Shown here piece by piece: positions 63,110-64,000 of a DNA stretch of 64,000 nucleotides. Source of the DNA: Thermodesulfovibrionales bacterium. Lineage in GTDB: Bacteria; Nitrospirota; Thermodesulfovibrionia; Thermodesulfovibrionales; UBA9159. The stretch covers positions 4,396 through 68,395 of the forward strand of contig DASRZP010000063.1 of the NCBI GenBank assembly GCA_035686305.1, given 5' to 3'. The stretch's first letter is position 1, and the number at the start of each line of letters is the position of its first letter. The notes under the pieces are model-generated. The model had not been told where the DNA came from. It saw only the letters and a program-made list of their open reading frames with translations, and searched no databases. The position numbers and the translations under genes are program-made.

Positions 63110-63898
63110 CTATGCCGCGCACGCATGCTCTGCCCCTTCCCTGAGGACCTTCCTGCGCCAGCGCTCAATGAGCCTATCCGTATCGAGGAGGACAAAAAAA
63201 TCTGTGGTTCCGAACAAAGGATTAAAGGTCGGCTCGCCGCATATCTGGGCTCCTAGCCTGAGGTAACCCTTCATGAGCGTCGGCATGAGAGAATGGGCCG
63301 CATCCCTGTCGCAGAACGACAGCATCTGCACACCCGGCTGGCGCTTCAACGGGTCTACGGTGTAACGCTCGTCAGCCCTATGGACGCGGTTTAGGTAGGA
63401 GTATACGATATTCACCAAGGCCGTGTTCGCGCTGTGCAGGCTCGCGCAGCCGAAGAGATAGCGGATGCCATACCTTTCCACATAAGCGGCAATCCCCCGC
63501 CAGAGGAGGCCGATGATCGGGACGGTTCTGTAATCTTTGTGAATGCAGGAGCGGCCTAACTCCAGCTTTGTGCCAGGAAGACTCCTGATTGCCGAGAGGT
63601 TGAACTCAGTCTCCGAGTAATACCCCACTGAATTCTCCGCAACCACGCCCGGCATCATACGATAGGTCCCGACAACCCTTTCGTTTTCCCTGTCAACGAC
63701 AACAAGATGGTCGCAGTAATCGTCAAATTCGTCCCGATCCATTCCCGTCAGATAGGATTCAGAAAGACCCTCATGCAGCTCCCTGTTGAATACGTCGAAG
63801 CGAAGTCTGAACGCCGCCTCCCGCTCATGATTCTCCACAGCCAGCTTTACAGAGAACCTGCCATGCGAAATTTCCATGCCTGCACCATCTGCTCTCAT
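63110..63898 (-). CDS. OlsB-like GNAT N-acyltransferase (lyso-ornithine-lipid synthase / 'hemolysin' family)
   Basis: AFRLRFDVFNRELHEG...DRDEFDDYCDHLVVVD...VVGTYRMM...SETEFNL...LELGRSCIHKDYR. I trimmed the start to ATG 63898 (SD GGAGGAGGAG), because the track start 63940 sits inside the predicted promoter. Confidence 0.7.
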   Translation of the reverse strand: MRADGAGMEISHGRFSVKLAVENHEREAAFRLRFDVFNRELHEGLSESYLTGMDRDEFDDYCDHLVVVDRENERVVGTYRMMPGVVAENSVGYYSETEFNLSAIRSLPGTKLELGRSCIHKDYRTVPIIGLLWRGIAAYVERYGIRYLFGCASLHSANTALVNIVYSYLNRVHRADERYTVDPLKRQPGVQMLSFCDRDAAHSLMPTLMKGYLRLGAQICGEPTFNPLFGTTDFFVLLDTDRLIERWRRKVLREGAEHACAA

Positions 63899-63957
63899 GA
63901 ACGCGCTCCTCCTCCAAAAGATATTGTGCGGTATCGGCACTAGTATAACAACGGTGC

Positions 63958-63995
63958 TTTGCAGGAGTATTACACGCCGGTGAAATTTCGGTTAC
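63958..63995 (-). promoter_or_regulatory. Pho-box-like array: 4 half-sites at 11-bp phasing (minus strand)
   Basis: The minus strand reads GTAACC (63995), TTCACC (63984), GTAATA (63973), GCAAAG (63962), then TATACT (63947..63942). It is almost identical to the array at 51824 (TGTAAC..TTTCAC..GTAAT). Confidence 0.6.
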
Positions 63996-64000
63996 AAGGA

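Overview
This window is an origin-proximal chromosomal segment of a diderm bacterium, probably an anaerobe. The taxon cannot be assigned from the sequence alone. All family calls come from reading motifs in the supplied translations; no database was searched.

- **1-25.5 kb, housekeeping.** An Opp/Dpp-type ABC ATPase runs off the left edge. It is followed by an OmpR/HK pair, PAP2, a YacP-like NYN gene, pyrE, and parB-parA with two parS sites. Then come miaA-hfq, anmK, selA/selB, tRNA-Phe, lnt, prfB (with its +1 frameshift), and dnaA-dnaN-gyrB.
- **25.5-27.7 kb, gene-poor patch.** It looks AT-richer by eye. It holds decayed gene fragments, four copies of a GGGA-N4-TCCC-centred 19-mer, and a secreted tandem-YHS protein.
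- **27.7-36.3 kb, mixed.** DUF763, a secreted DUF2950/DUF3300 pair, a RecD2-like helicase, pal, and a triheme cytochrome c.
- **36.35-49.16 kb, the main candidate for a novel system.** This is a 12-gene minus-strand operon.
  - It joins a PqqD-like peptide-recognition protein, an HprK-related P-loop domain fused to a GT2, and an NTP_transf_5 nucleotidyltransferase.
  - These sit with six further glycosyltransferases (4 GT2, GT4, GT10), an AGE-family epimerase, an aldo-keto reductase and an alpha/alpha-barrel protein.
  - There is no lasso cyclase or protease, and no lipid-carrier priming, flippase, polymerase or export gene.
  - My inference is a cytoplasmic glycosylation system anchored on a peptide or protein.
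- **49.3-64 kb, Pho-type regulon island.** Six intergenic regions each carry four TTHACA-like half-sites at exact 11-bp phasing.
  - The arrays lie upstream of two paralogous PhoB-like regulators flanking a PhoR-like kinase, a PHP-GT21 operon, a porin, a Zn-ribbon/HMA-like pair and an OlsB-like N-acyltransferase.
  - This suggests phosphate-limitation membrane-lipid remodelling.

No CRISPR array, rRNA gene or intact mobile element was seen.
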